The notes under the pieces: model-generated
Told to the model about the DNA's origin: nothing
The model's input: the letters and a program-made list of their open reading frames with translations, nothing else
Databases searched by the model: none
Translations under genes and position numbers: made by a program
Shown here: piece by piece, positions 1 through 13,008 of the stretch
Layout of the letters: every line of letters begins with the position of its first letter
Position numbering within the stretch: position 1 is the first letter of the stretch
Source of the DNA: Lingula anatina
Taxonomy: Eukaryota > Animalia > Brachiopoda
Assembly: GCA_051362555.1 (NCBI GenBank)
Contig: CM120642.1
Location: forward strand, 19,220,001 to 19,284,000
Direction of reading: 5' to 3'
Length of the DNA stretch: 64,000 nucleotides

Positions 1-1494
1 TATTTCGTATTGGCATTTTAATGTGTGGCCCAAGAGTAGAGATACTTTTTGCTTGTTTTCGACTGCGCGGATATTTCATCTGTTACTCTCTTATTATGGC
101 TCTGAAACATTTTCTTATACGGTTTCCCTCTTTTGGTTGTCATTTTTGATATAGTAGGAATGCACTACGTGAGACAATAGGGTCGATCACTCCCTGACCA
201 GTAAGCAGCAGTGAACACAACGTTGTGACCAGCGCATCGTTCGTATGAAGAACTTGTTCATCTTCATATCAATATCCACACTGTAGCACTCCTTTGAGAT
301 GACTATAAGAGAAACACTTGTTTACATGTATATCAAGTTCGATCCACGAATGTATAAATTGTACTTTGAAATGATCAAGTCACAAAATGTGAGAATTCCA
401 ACTTGATTTCTACATGTATGTTATCAGTTTCATGTCATCATGCTGTTCATGTAACAATAATCGTCTGGTTAAATATCGATAATCAGTAATCATAAGATAC
501 ATAAGCTGAATATAGATATATTAATAATACTTCACTTACTTGATATTCAATACATAATACTTAACGTGTCATTATAGCCATGCACATGTAATGCAATAAC
601 ATATTTGACTCAAAGTAAGCTCATAAAATTTTAAGTTCGTTTTCACACAAATGAATAGTTTCCATTTGGTAAAGTCCATAGTATCATTCATTTTGAATTA
701 CTGCACGAGCCTCTCCTCGCTCGCACAGCCTCTCCTCGCCGTGCGCTGAGACAGAGACGGTCGTCGATTAGCTTCTACGACCATCACCGCGGAACAGGGA
801 ATGGTGTTTAGCTTGGGTTGGGGTGGGGGTGGGGGTGGGGATGAGGGTGATCAGAGGAAAAGATCCACCCCCACCGACATCTCCCTAAGTAGCTTGAAGT
901 ATGATTTTTAATTTTATTGAATTTTTCAATTAGAAACCAGTGTCGTTTTTCGACATTCATCCTCATTCCAAAAACTAAATGAACACGACAGAATAAATCT
1001 CAAAACCAGTATCTTCAACTTAATATTAAAATAATATTTCTATATATAACATTGCAAAAAAGTTAGAACAAAACCCCACTGTATTTCCAAATGGCCTTTC
1101 TCATCATAAATTTGTCTGATAGGCGTGATATTGATCACGCGAAGTGAAATAAAAATGCGCGGTTGCGTTTTCGTCTTTTATTTGGTGGCAAAATGCGGCT
1201 CTACAGATGGTTGGTGTAATCCAAAACCAATACGGGAAACAAATAAGGCTAATAGACACGGGATAAATGCAATTATCATTCAACCTTTAACAAACAAAAC
1301 TCAAAGCAATGTGCCAAGAAAACGTGATTATCGCATGGTATGACGGTCGTGATGTGCAATTGCCCCCACACCATGGTTTAGCATCGTCTGTTCTCCGTCC
1401 TTGAGACTACTTTTTGACCGTGAGAGCGTCACAGTAACTTGTGAAGATAATTTCCATAATGCGTGACTCGTAAAAATATCAGATCACGATCTGT

Positions 1495-1572
1495 TATATA
1501 AAAGCTCGTCTCCTAGGTAAATGGGTCAGTTGACTAAGTTTTTGTGTCGTTCGTAATTGGTGCGGGATCCAA
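1495..1572 (+). promoter_or_regulatory. Core promoter and non-coding exon 1 of EF-hand copy A
   Basis: TATATAAAAG at 1495-1504 and Inr-like TCAGTT at 1526-1531 at canonical ~30 bp spacing; donor AA|GTAAGT after 1572; conserved in copies B and C. Confidence 0.75.
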
Positions 1573-2026
1573 GTAAGTTATATATATATTTTTATACAGT
1601 TTTTACTTTAACGCGGGAAGTTGAAGTTAAATTAGAGTGATTGCATTGTGGAACCTGCTCATTCAGTTGCAAGGGTGTTTATCAAAGTTTCTTGTGGTAG
1701 GGTTTCCCGGACAGATCGTAAACCTTTACTTCGGCACCAAGTACTTTTGTACTGGTCGCTACATCGGCTTTACGAAAGCTAATAAGACGAATCTTTTATG
1801 ACCAATATTATTAAGATGTAATGCATTAGATTTTGCTAAATAATATTGTATATACAATGTGAAAAATTGAAATCGGAGCGTTTTTCTTAACACCAGGTAT
1901 ATTTTACACTCACATATTGTTAATATAATTATGTACTAATGCATGATATAAATAAAGATACCGAATTTGCACGTATATTTTATTATATGTAAATCATATA
2001 TGTTTCATTTCAGAAAATACAGAAAC

Positions 2027-5000
2027 ATGAAGTTTTTGGTATTCTTAGGACTTATAGGGTAGGTTGATATTTTTTTCTGATTTTTTTGGTTTATGTGTAT
2101 TCTTTTTAAAAAAATCAGTTTGATATCCTCAAAGATACGTTGAAATAGGAGCAGCTATGTCCACGCCTACGTTGAGCTTAACCTTTCGTAGATTAATTTC
2201 ATACTGAGTAGTAAAATATTCTTTATTATTTTCAGGTTTGCTCTTTGCCAGGACAGGATCGACCAGCTGTTTAGCTTGGTGGATGCCAACAAGGACGACT
2301 CCATCCAAAAGGCCGAACTGATGGCCGTGTTCCTTTCATTTGATGACGACGGTAGGCAGTTGTTTCTGTCTCTCTTCGCAACCGCATTTCCTGTTGAAAT
2401 GACAAAATCCAAAATCATGGTAAAGTTTCAATACATGAGCAGCGAACCTTTCACCAGTTCTCTTCATTTTCAATATGGTCTTGGAATACCTGCTCCTTTT
2501 AAGTAACGGGAAGTGTATCTTATATGCATCCGTGATTTTTTCATTTGAAAGCACTTTGCCGTTAAAATCAAACAATACATGAAGAAATGATTTTACAAGT
2601 ATTATTTTGAAGAGAGATCGGCCTCCAGTTTGTCAGTTCCGACCCGGTTTGTCCCGTTTAACGCAACTGAGGGTCCGTGTACCAGAAAGTTCGCCCTCCA
2701 TTTAGTTATAATGGTTAGGGCTAGCCTGACCTAAGTGGGTCACAATCTAGGGCGAGGCTTGCCTGTACAATTGCAAATGATTGGGAAGCGGACGCTATAT
2801 TAGGGGGGACTCTCTGTCACGTTACACCGGCTCCGTGAGCTCCGCTGGCTCAGCGTCATGTCGGCGGATACAAGTCACCGTTACCGCATTTCTTCCTAGA
2901 CAACAGGGACCTGTGTCCTCATCTCTTGAAATTAGGTCACATATAATCTTAAACCCCTTGATTTGGGACTCTGTCGGTGCATTTGCATAGGCGTGACGCT
3001 CGTCGCAATATATAATGCAACCTTGTCAAAATTTTTGAAAATCAAATGCTAAATATCCCCCAAAACCAAAGGGAATATGGGAAATTCAACTTACTATAGA
3101 AGTCTGAACCCAATGCACGATGGTGTTAAGGTTCCCAAATTAAATGTGAATTACTCCAAAATTAGCAGAGATATACCCATAGTTAATATTAAACGTGGAT
3201 AGGAAATCATACACTGGCAATCTTGTGGCCGTGAATTTGACCTTTGGCGTACTTTTCTCCATGAAATGCCCTTTGCAAATTTGCTAACCTTTATATTTGT
3301 TCCAGGTGATGGCAGTGTGTCAGAGAATGAGTTTGTCACTAATTGGGTTACCAAGACAGGGTCCTCCCCAGAAGCTGCGAAGGCACTCTTCGACCTGACT
3401 GACGCTGCGGGTGGCGACGCGAACGGTGCAATTACGCCCAATGACGTGGACGCGGTCTTTGTCGCTTTTGATGCTGATGGTAAGTTCAGTTATGGAAAAT
3501 TAAAATTACATCATTTTGGAATATGAGGTTTGATAATAGGACTGGATAACAACAACAAGAACAGCAGTTATAATAATAATAATGATTAAACGTATTGTAT
3601 ACGAGCATGCCCAGCTATATACCTTGCAAGAAAATGTTGCTATATTATATTACACTTGCTGCTTTATTATCCTCTTTTCGACATAACTTAGTTGTTGTCA
3701 ATCTGTCCGTTTGCTCAGACCCCCCTTTACAAAAAGGTGCGACCTTTGTGGCAGCTGTGTGCCTCTTTGTGCGACCAAAAATATGACCAGCGTGCTCAGT
3801 TGCCAAGCCAGAAATTCCATCTCTGTGTAAAATCAACGTGAGCGAAAAAATGAAGACTTTTCCTGTAGAACTTCGAGCGGCCACTGTGGCTTCCTTGAGC
3901 CTCCAACGGCGACCACGCCATAACTGTAGTCGAAAGGAGGCACAACAGTTGCCTCCCTGCTGGAGGTTATTTAGTTAAATTAATTTTTCTCCTCTACCAG
4001 CCATAAAATGAACCTCATAACATGCCATGTTTATGTATTATTTTTTTTACTTCTTTATTTTAACACAGTGGTACTTTTTTTCTATCTAGGAAGCGGCGAA
4101 GTTTCTAAGGCCGAGTTTAGAGCCAAATGGACCGAGGTAAAATTATCTTGACATAAATGCAGTGTAGATTTTCCGAGGAAGAAGAATCACTGCTCTCCAA
4201 GCTGTATTAACAAGTTTTAACAGGGGCTATCGTTTGTTCGCAATTTGTTCACGGTTGTACAGGCATGTGGTTCGCTATTTGTAGGGTGTCTGTGTACGGT
4301 TGCTTACATCTTTCTGATAACAGCTTGTTATAATGTGTAAGCCGCGGTGAAAAAAGAACTGTTAACGCCATTTGTTGAACCCACAGTTGCTTTTGTCATC
4401 CAAGTACAGTTAAATGACCTTTCCACCCCCAGAAAATTTTGATCAATAAAAAGACTACTTTATAATTATTTCTAAATCTGAAAAAATGCCATTTAACCAT
4501 TCAACCGTCCCCTTTTACGGTCAATAAAAACGACTTCTTTTTTCATCTCAATTGCAATGAAATTCAATATTTCCAACTTTCTTTCACCAAATTTTTCCAT
4601 AAGAATGACACTTTATCCTTGCAAATTCTGCAGATATTGGAAACCATTATCGATTATTGAAATTTGAAAATCCGATCAATTCAGTCTACCAAGCATTTAA
4701 AAAAAGAATTGAAGACATGCCAATTCAGGAAATTTTTTGATTAATCGACTTTTAAATTGATTTTATAAATTTTATAGTAATTGTATTTTTGCACTGTAAG
4801 AAATAAAGCTATTCTACCTATAAGCTTTTCTGTGTGCAAATAAGGCTGCTTTTTTAAATCTAGAATTGATTATTTTTTCTTAGCAAACATATTTGAGTTA
4901 TTATCTAGATATCTTAATAACATGTAGGCCTATATCAAAACTGAGATGAATTTTCCTTTAATTTCAGATCACCGGGTCTTTCGCTGCTACCTCGTAAGTA

Positions 5001-7196
5001 CATACTTTATGCCTTTGGAATTTTTAGTAGAATCTCATTAGATACATGTATGCATGCTATGATGAGCACCTTTCTTTATATGGTATAACATTGATAGAAT
5101 TTTTTTAAAATAATAATAAACTGATCCTGTGCATGACTTAGTCTCCATAAAGTCCAGTTTTCATTTGTTCAGTTGTTGTTTATAGTAATTACCAGTAAAA
5201 ATTTGAGGTGCAACTTTTGCCTCGCCCCACAACCTTTATCTGTGCTAAACTGCTAGTCTATCCCTTTTTTTCTTTGAAGTTTACACTTGGCTTGTATGAA
5301 ATTAGGCCCAGGACCTGCACGAAAAAAGAACATGACCGCAATATTATAATTATTATTAAAATAAATATTGTTTAACCCCCTAACTTCGAAGTGGGCGAAA
5401 ATTCGTCCTCCAAGCGATTGCAAGCCCAGTGTAACAGCGCGTTTGCGACAGATCTTTTGAAGAATAATTCTTCATTTCACAGGGCTCAAGTACAGGCGAG
5501 AATACGGGAACTGTTCAAATTGGTGGACAAAAACAACGATGGTATCATGACTCGGGGCGAATATTTCCAACTTCTGACAATATTTGACGACGATAGTAAG
5601 TACTGGTATGGTGCTGAATATTTTGAATAATTTAAAAAATGAACACATGTGGTGTGTTAAACTTTGGCTTCATGTCTTAATTTGATATCAAGCAAAGTAT
5701 AGCGGCCAAGGCAAAGACTGACAGTATTTGCCATTCAGTGTCTACAAGCTGTTAAACCCAATCCTCTGTGATATGACGGAAAATTCGTGTCTGTCTGTCT
5801 GTCTGTCTGAGCCCTCGGGCATCTATTAGAACAAGACAATAGAACTTGGGTGAACGGGGGTGGGGGGGGGGGGTAATAACCTTTCATCATCTTATATATA
5901 TAAGATATATTTTTTGGGGGGGATGTCCTTAACAACAATTCCAGTGCTATAGGAGCTATATTTAGTAGTAACACCACTGGAGTTTGCTGGCTCCATCCCA
6001 GATTTGATTATCATTCTTGCTTCATCGCTGTGTTTCAGAGGACGGTGAGGTCACTCAGGCCGAATTCTTGGCTCACTGGCCAGGTACAAATGGTGCCCAG
6101 GTATTTGCTGCTGGCGCTGCTGAGGACGGTAAAATTACCCGCGAAGATCTGCAACGTATCTTTAATCAGTATGATGCCAACGGTAATAGCTCTTATTATG
6201 TTTTGAAATTCACTTTCTGATAGTTTCTTCTTATGGCTTCAGATATTGCTCAGAATTAAGTAATTATATTCAGGTGGATGTCACTTTGAGTCCCGTTTAC
6301 GTGTCTATTTTTTGTTTCAAATCAACTGTGCGTGTAAGTGATATGCATTTAAGAACTTAAGAAAAATGAATCAAACAATTTACTTAATTAATGTTAACCT
6401 TTCTTTTATTGCTCTAATGCCTTGTGTGCGTTTTGAAGGATATAAAATATAAACAGAGAACAGATAAGGCAACAGAAGAATCGCGGATGGACGTGCTCAA
6501 GATCAAGTCAGCAGTATTTTCCAGATTGAAAATCTGATTTCAGAATTCTTTTTAAAAAAACTTTCTATTTTTATTTCTAGGCGACGGCCAAGTCCCCTTT
6601 GAGGAATTTGCTGCAGCCTGGTTAAAGGTAACTTTAATACAATTATTGCCTTCGAGTGAGGTGACTTCGGTGATTTATGCAACCCTCAGCTGGCATAATT
6701 GACCTCCGCCATCGTATTACTAGTGATATTATGACAGTTGTATGGATAAACAGTAACTGTAATATAAACCCTGCCATATTTTCGAATGGTAGAAATATAT
6801 TTAGTATTACATACTCTATCAGTCAGGCCATAATTACTTAATTCTGAGCAATATCTGAAGCCATAAGAAGAAACTATCAGAAAGTGAATTTCAAAACATA
6901 ATAAGAGCTATTACCGTTGGCATCATACTGATTAAAGATACGTTGCAGATCTTCGCGGGTAATTTTACCGTCCTCAGCAGCGCCAGCAGCAAATACCTGG
7001 GCACCATTTGTACCTGGCCAGTGAGCCAAGAATTCGGCCTGAGTGTTGCCGCTATCATTGAGGTTATATTTTTACCGAAGATGGGGAAAAAGAGACAAGT
7101 AGAGGGTGCAGAATTACTTTATTTGTTTTAAGTTGTAACTTCGCGGTATTTTATGCATTCCAGATCGTTAGAGAGAATCCTGCCATTCTTGGTTGA
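2027..7196 (+). CDS. Secreted multi-EF-hand Ca-binding protein, copy A (243 aa; 9 coding exons)
   Basis: Exons 2027-2058, 2236-2351, 3306-3479, 4090-4136, 4968-4993, 5483-5595, 6039-6182, 6581-6627, 7164-7196; all introns GT-AG, phases consistent, 732 nt total, TGA at 7194-7196. Signal peptide MKFLVFLGLIGFALC. EF loops DANKDDSIQKAE, DDDGDGSVSENE, DADGSGEVSKAE, DKNNDGIMTRGE, DDDKDGEVTQAE, DANGDGQVPFEE plus two atypical loops. Resemblance to molluscan secreted shell-matrix EF-hand proteins (IMSP5-like) is from recall, not from a search. Confidence 0.9.
2657..2826. mobile_element. Ginger-like MITE in an intron of EF-hand copy A
   Basis: Ends T(T)TAAC...GTTACA with flanks CCCG/CCGG; same family as 13643-13823 and 39779-39956. 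Confidence 0.55.
6830..7045 (-). repeat. Inverted copy of 6052-6267 (most of exon 6039-6182 plus its donor and following intron) inserted in the last intron of copy A
   Basis: 216 bp reverse-complement match carrying copy-A-specific bases; absent at the corresponding site of copy B (~17895-17915). Confidence 0.92.
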
Positions 7197-7424
7197 GTGA
7201 ACTCTTGCACATGATTTGTAATAGTGCTGAAGAAGGAATTATGAAGATTTTGTGCTTGTTTTACTTCCCCTTACAAAAATATGGACTTAAGTGTGTACAA
7301 AGTATTCTCCCAAATTCTGATTTTTTATCTTGGATTTAGTGAAAATAAAATACAGAGGGAAGATAAAGACCAATTGCTTTGCACTTGTTGTTTTGAATTA
7401 TCAGAGCATTACAATTACAAGATA

Positions 7425-9086
7425 CACTGATGCTCATAAGTTAAGCAACACCCCGATTTTTTCAAAAGTTTCTTCTATCATGATCATTATTTCATTTGTT
7501 AGTGGGATTATGCATATTTCTTTCATATTTTATAAATAACTTATTCAAGTTGAATATTTCGGTTAAAGAAACACACCACATAGCTTTATGTAATAATCAA
7601 AATAACTTTATTAACCAAACGGCACTAAAATATGCCAAACCATGTGTCAAAAAAGTATGCTCACACAGCAAAAAGTACGTGCTGATTAAAACAGCTTATT
7701 ATGAAAAAATAAAGTTCAATCATCTAAGAATTATTTTTTATAAAAGAAGACTGTAGATAATAGATGATTAATCGTCTGTAATGCAATAAATAGTGGGTGT
7801 GCCTTTCCTGGTTTTGAACAACAGCTTCACATTGTCTCCTGCAACTTGCCACCAAATTCTGCCAATCTTGCTTTGGGGGCCGGTTCCCTTCTTCAATTAC
7901 TGCATGCTGGACCTCTCTAATGTTTCTAACTGGAGGTTGGCTCTCATTTACTGCCCTGTCAATCATATCCTAAGCATGTTCGATTACATTGAGAATTGGC
8001 GAATATGCAGGCCAATCTAAATTTGGGATACCGTGCTGTTGCAGTGCGTCTTGCACGGACCGTGCTTTCTGGATGGGTGCATTGTCCTGCATCAAAATGA
8101 TTTTTCCTCCTGGATTTGCTTGAATGTGTGATTGTATGCGCCCCAATGCTATTTCTTCTCTGTATTGCTGACCAGTGTACCTCCTTTTAATGAAGTACAG
8201 TGGCAATATTTCATCATATGAAATACCGCACCATACTATGACGGATACTCCGCCACTCTGAACACGTGGAAGAACACAATCATCCTGAAACGCTTGGTTT
8301 GGACCTCTTCAGATGCCTAGCTTACCATCTGCATACATCAAAGTGAATCTGGTCTCCTCAGTCCACAGGACCTTTCGCCCAGTCCTGAGATTCTATCTTT
8401 CTCGGTATCTGGCTCATGTCAATTTTATCAGCTTGTGTCTGTTGGTCGACTGTGGCTTTTGACGCGGTCTTTAAGATGGAAGTTCAGCCTCAAAAAGATG
8501 CCTGTTGACTGTTTTCCTACTTATTCGAACTCTTCCTAATCCAGGCCAGATGTTCCTCAGTTGTTTGGGCGACATGAACTGGTCGTGGTGGCATAATCGA
8601 ACCAGACATCTTCATCTCTTGCGTCGGTTAATATTGGTCTACCAGAAAGAGGCTTGTCCAATACATGATGAGTTTGGCGCCATTTTGCTACCAGCTTGGG
8701 CACTTGACTTGGTGCTACTCCTTGTTGCCTTGCAGTTAGTCTCTTTGGCACCCCAGCACGATAGCTTCCTATTATTTGCCATCTGATTCCCTCGTTGATT
8801 CTTGATTTAACCATTGGTTGGTATAATATAACAAATTGTGCCCATGAAACTAGCCAAACTGGAAGCTCTGCATGGCATGCTCAAACTGTGTTTTTCGAAA
8901 GTGGCACCCCCATTGCATATTCTACCATGTCCAACAGTAAATACTACTCAAATGTCACGGTCCAGTAAGTCAAAGTAAAAACAAGAGAATTAACTAGCTA
9001 CTGTACAAATTTTGTCTCAATAAAAAGCTTGGTTGCTGAGAAATTTGAAAAATAAGACAGTGTTGCTTAACTTATGAGCATCAGTG
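7425..9086 (-). mobile_element. Tc1-family (DD34E) DNA transposon, decayed transposase
   Basis: 27-bp TIR CACTGATGCTCATAAGTTAAGCAACAC at both ends; TA duplicated at 7423-24 and 9087-88; empty site with a single TA in copy B (18283-84). Transposase pieces 8814 to ~7790, including QDNAPIQ...WPAYSPILNVIE with 34 residues between D and E; frameshifts and stops present. Confidence 0.93.
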
Positions 9087-10257
9087 TAAATATATTTATT
9101 CAAACATAAAGGAAAAGAAACATATGTCACGATGGTATTAGCTTAAATGTTACTGATTACGCATATTCTTAATAGTCACTTCCTAACTACGTTATCTACA
9201 TTTTCTTCCTCTCCCTTCAACCTCCAACATTGCATTCCACCGTTTACATTACATTTGCCGCGTAAGTACGACGAGGTCATGCCAATCAATTCAGTTACTC
9301 TACAAAACACTCCCCACACCTTATACACTCGAGGCTGTCAATCACTAACATTATCTCCCGGGGACGATATGCCTGTCCCTAGGCATATTTTAAATTAAAA
9401 TAATATACCACTAAATAATCCTTCTTGAGCACTCCATTTTTATCAGACAGTCATACCAAAAATATAACCAAGTGAAAAAATTCTATATAATTTACTTACA
9501 CATAAAATAGAAACACATTCGACATGAAACCAAAAATATAACTCAAAGGAAGATATTTTAATAACTTTTTGGAAAATCAATTGTTCGTGGATATGTTTCG
9601 TATTGGCATTTTAATGTGTGTCCCAAGAGTAGAGATACTTTTTGCTTGTTTTCGACCGCACGGATATTTAATCTGTTACTCTCTTATTATGGCTCTGACA
9701 CATTTTCTTATACGGTTTCCCTCTTTTGGTTGTCATTTTTGATATAGTAGGAATGCACTACGTGAGACAATAGGGTCGATCACTCCCTGTCCAGTAAGCA
9801 GCAGTGAACGCAATGTTGCGACCAGCGCATCGTTCGTATGAAGAACTTGTTCATCTTCATGTTTATCCACACTGTAGCACTCCTTTGAGATGACTATAAG
9901 AGAAACACTTGTTTACATGTATATCAAGTTCAATCCACGAATGTATAAAATTATACTGTGAAATAATCAAGTCACAAAATGTGAGAATTCCCACTTGATT
10001 TCTACATGTATATCATCAGTTTCATGTCATCATACTGTTCATATTACAATAATCGTCTGGTTAAATATCGATAATCAGTAATCATAAGATACATTAGCTG
10101 AATATAGATATATTTATAATCCTTCACGTATTTGATATTCAATACATAATGCTTAACGTGTCATAATAGCCATGCACATGCAATAACATATTTGACTCAA
10201 AGTTAGCTCATAAAATTTTAAGTTCGTTTTCACACAAATGAATAGTTTCCATTTGGT

Positions 10258-10617
10258 AATAATAATAATAATACATTTATTTTTAGTCTAAACTCCATAT
10301 GAATATGTTCGTTAGACTTAACAAATATGTACATACATATAACAAGTATACAACTGGTCAAAACACGCTGTGTATACAATCTCGCCTCCCTGGGGAGGAT
10401 ACAGCCCCGCTGCCGTGTGAGGCACTGAGTGCTATCAAACTTACAATATCGTTCTCTGCCTGACCAGGACCCTGCTTCAACCCCATAAGTGCTGAGTGCC
10501 AAGCGGGGAGACAGCAGGTACCGTTTATAAAGGACTTGTATGTCCCCGGACGGGTTTTGAACCCACGTCCTCCCGCTCCAGAGGCGGACACTCTAACCAC
10601 AAGGCCATCCGGTTGGC
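10258..10617 (-). mobile_element. tRNA-derived SINE
   Basis: Minus strand has a tRNA-like head with A box TGGCCTTGTGG and B box GGTTCAAAACC, a conserved-core-like GGTACCTGCTGTCTCCCCGCTTGGCACTCAGCA and an (ATT)n tail; absent from the paralogous spacer at ~19489. Confidence 0.82.
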
Positions 10618-11054
10618 ATAGTCCATTGTATCATTCATTTTGAATTACAGCATGAGAGTTCAGTTCCATATAATTCAAATTAGTCCTTCTAGACAGTGAA
10701 TAACGCTTGTCATCTGCCATTCATTGTGAATTGATAAATGTCTTCTTCGCGTACGTTGACGCACGTATATAGATAAATGTTCACAGTTTCCTGTACAGTA
10801 TTTCCATGAATGTCCAATATCCAGCGTTTACGCATATATCCAATGTGAATGATGTAGAAATGCATGTCAAAAAGAAAAAAAAAATAACTACGAAGGTTTT
10901 AACAGTCATCATCAAAATTCAATACAGTTATGTGTGTTAGGCAAAGATTTAACTTGCCCTGGTATTATTCACGCAGAAGTTTATGACTACAATATAACTA
11001 GTATATAACCATGCTAATAATATAATAATATTTCCAATTACAGTACTTACATGT

Positions 11055-11200
11055 AAAGAGCAGTATGAGGGGAAAATAACTAGTGAAGAGTGCAAGGAGG
11101 CTACTAAGAGTATGAAAAATGATGCCTCTCCTGGGCTGGATGGCCTGACTGCAGGTTTTTACAAAATGTATTACTCCAAGTTTGAAAAAGTGTTTATTGG
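11055..11200 (+). mobile_element. L1/Tx1-type LINE ORF2 fragment carried within the tandem unit
   Basis: Translates GKITSEECKEATKSMKNDASPGLDGLTAGFYK, the SPGxDG...FYK motif that precedes RT; second copy at ~19915-20065. Confidence 0.7.
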
Positions 11201-12464
11201 TGGAGCGCTGAAGTTAGTGTCTGGTTTCTAGTTTCCAGTTTCGTTTTTCAAAAACGAACCGGGCAACCGGAAATTAGTGTCATTTCTCAGAAACGAACCT
11301 GACAACTAGAAACTAGTTTCGTTTTTCATAAACGCTTCTGGCATCCAGAAACTAGTTTCATTTATCAAAAAAGATTCTGAAAAGCCTGGATCTGTTTTGC
11401 GGAGAATGTTACGGTCTCTCCTAACCGTGCGCTGAGGCCGGGGTGACCGCCTCTATAAGTCACAGGCCGCCTGCACAGCGGAAACTGGGAATGTGGTTTA
11501 GGTGGGGATGGGGGTGGGGGAATAAGGGTGGGGAGGGGGAGGGGGAAGCTAGAATCGTTTTTGCAGAGAGAAACAGGACAGGAAGGAGGGAGAGGCAACA
11601 CGTGACTAACGTTTACCGCGCCCAGGTAACCCTCACCGTGGAAGCCTCTCCTCGCCGTGCGCTGAGACCGAGACGGTCGTCGATTAGCTCCTACGGCCAT
11701 TACCGCGGAACAGGGAATGGTGTTTAGCTGGGGTGGGGATGAGGGTGATCAGGGGAAAAAGCCCCACTCCCACCGAGATCTCCCTAAGTAGTTTGAATTA
11801 TGATTTTTAATTTTATTGAATTTTTCAACCAGAAACCAGTGTCGTTTTTCGACATTCATCCTCATTCCAAAAACTAAATGAACACGACAGAATAAATCTC
11901 AAAACCAGTATCTTCAACTTAATATTAAAATTATGTTTCTATATATAACATTGCAAAAACTTAGATCAAAAACCCCACTGTATTTCCAAAGGGCCTTTCT
12001 CATCATAAATTTGTCTGATGGGCGTGATAGTGATCAAGCGAACTGAAATAAAAATGCGCGGTTACGTTTTCGTCTTTTATTTGCTGGCATAATGCGGCTC
12101 TACAGAGGGTTGGTGTAATCCAAAACCAATACGGGAAACAAATAAAGCTAATAGACACGAGATAAGTGCAATTAACATTCAACCTTTAACAAACAAAACT
12201 CAAAGCAATATGCAAATAAAACGTGATTATTGCATGGTATGACATTCAACCTTTAACAAACAAAACTCAAAGCAATATGCCAATATTTAAAATGTGATTA
12301 TTGCATGGTATGACGGTCGTGATGTGCAATTGCCCCCACCCCAGGGTTTAGCTTCGTCTGTTCACCGTCCGTGAGACTACTTTTTGACCGTGAGAGCGTC
12401 ACAGTAACTTGTGAAGATAATTTGCATAAGGCGTGACACGTAAAAACATCAGACCACAATCTGT

Positions 12465-12542
12465 TATATAAAAGCTCGTGTCCTAGGTAAATGGGTCAGT
12501 TGACTAAGTTTTTGTGTCGTTCGTTATTGGTGCGGGATCCAA
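12465..12542 (+). promoter_or_regulatory. Core promoter and non-coding exon 1 of EF-hand copy B
   Basis: TATATAAAAG 12465-12474, TCAGTT 12496-12501, donor GTAAGT at 12543. Confidence 0.75.
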
Positions 12543-13008
12543 GTAAGTTATTTATATTTTTTATACAGTTTTTACTTTAACGCGGAAAGTTGAAGTTAAA
12601 TTAGAGTGATTGCATTGTGGAACCTATTCATTCAGTTGCATGGGTGTTTATCAAAGTTTCTTGTTGTAGGGTTTCCCGGACCGATCGTAATCCTTTACTT
12701 CGGCACTAAGTACTTTTGCTGCAACGAAAACTAATAAGACGAATCTTTTATGACCAAGTTGCAACATCATTAAGATGTAATGCATTAGATTTTGCTAAAT
12801 AATATTCTACATACAATGTGAAAAATTAAAATCGGAGCGTTTTTCTTAACACCAGGTATATTTTGCATTCTCATATTGTTAGTATAGTTTGATATTTACG
12901 CATGCCTTAAATGAAGATATGTAAGATACTTTATTTTCAAACCCGAATTTGTACGTATATTTAATAACATGTAAATCATATATGTTTCATTTCAGTAAAT
13001 ACAGAAAC

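Noticed and set aside
10545-10617. tRNA gene
   Set aside because: A and B boxes are present, but the sequence continues into a SINE body and tail and is absent from the paralogous sites.
11365-11727. GC-rich ORFs of 94-114 aa repeated at 20230-20598
   Set aside because: Open on both strands because of G-rich low-complexity repeat sequence within the duplicated spacer; no domain signal or splice support.
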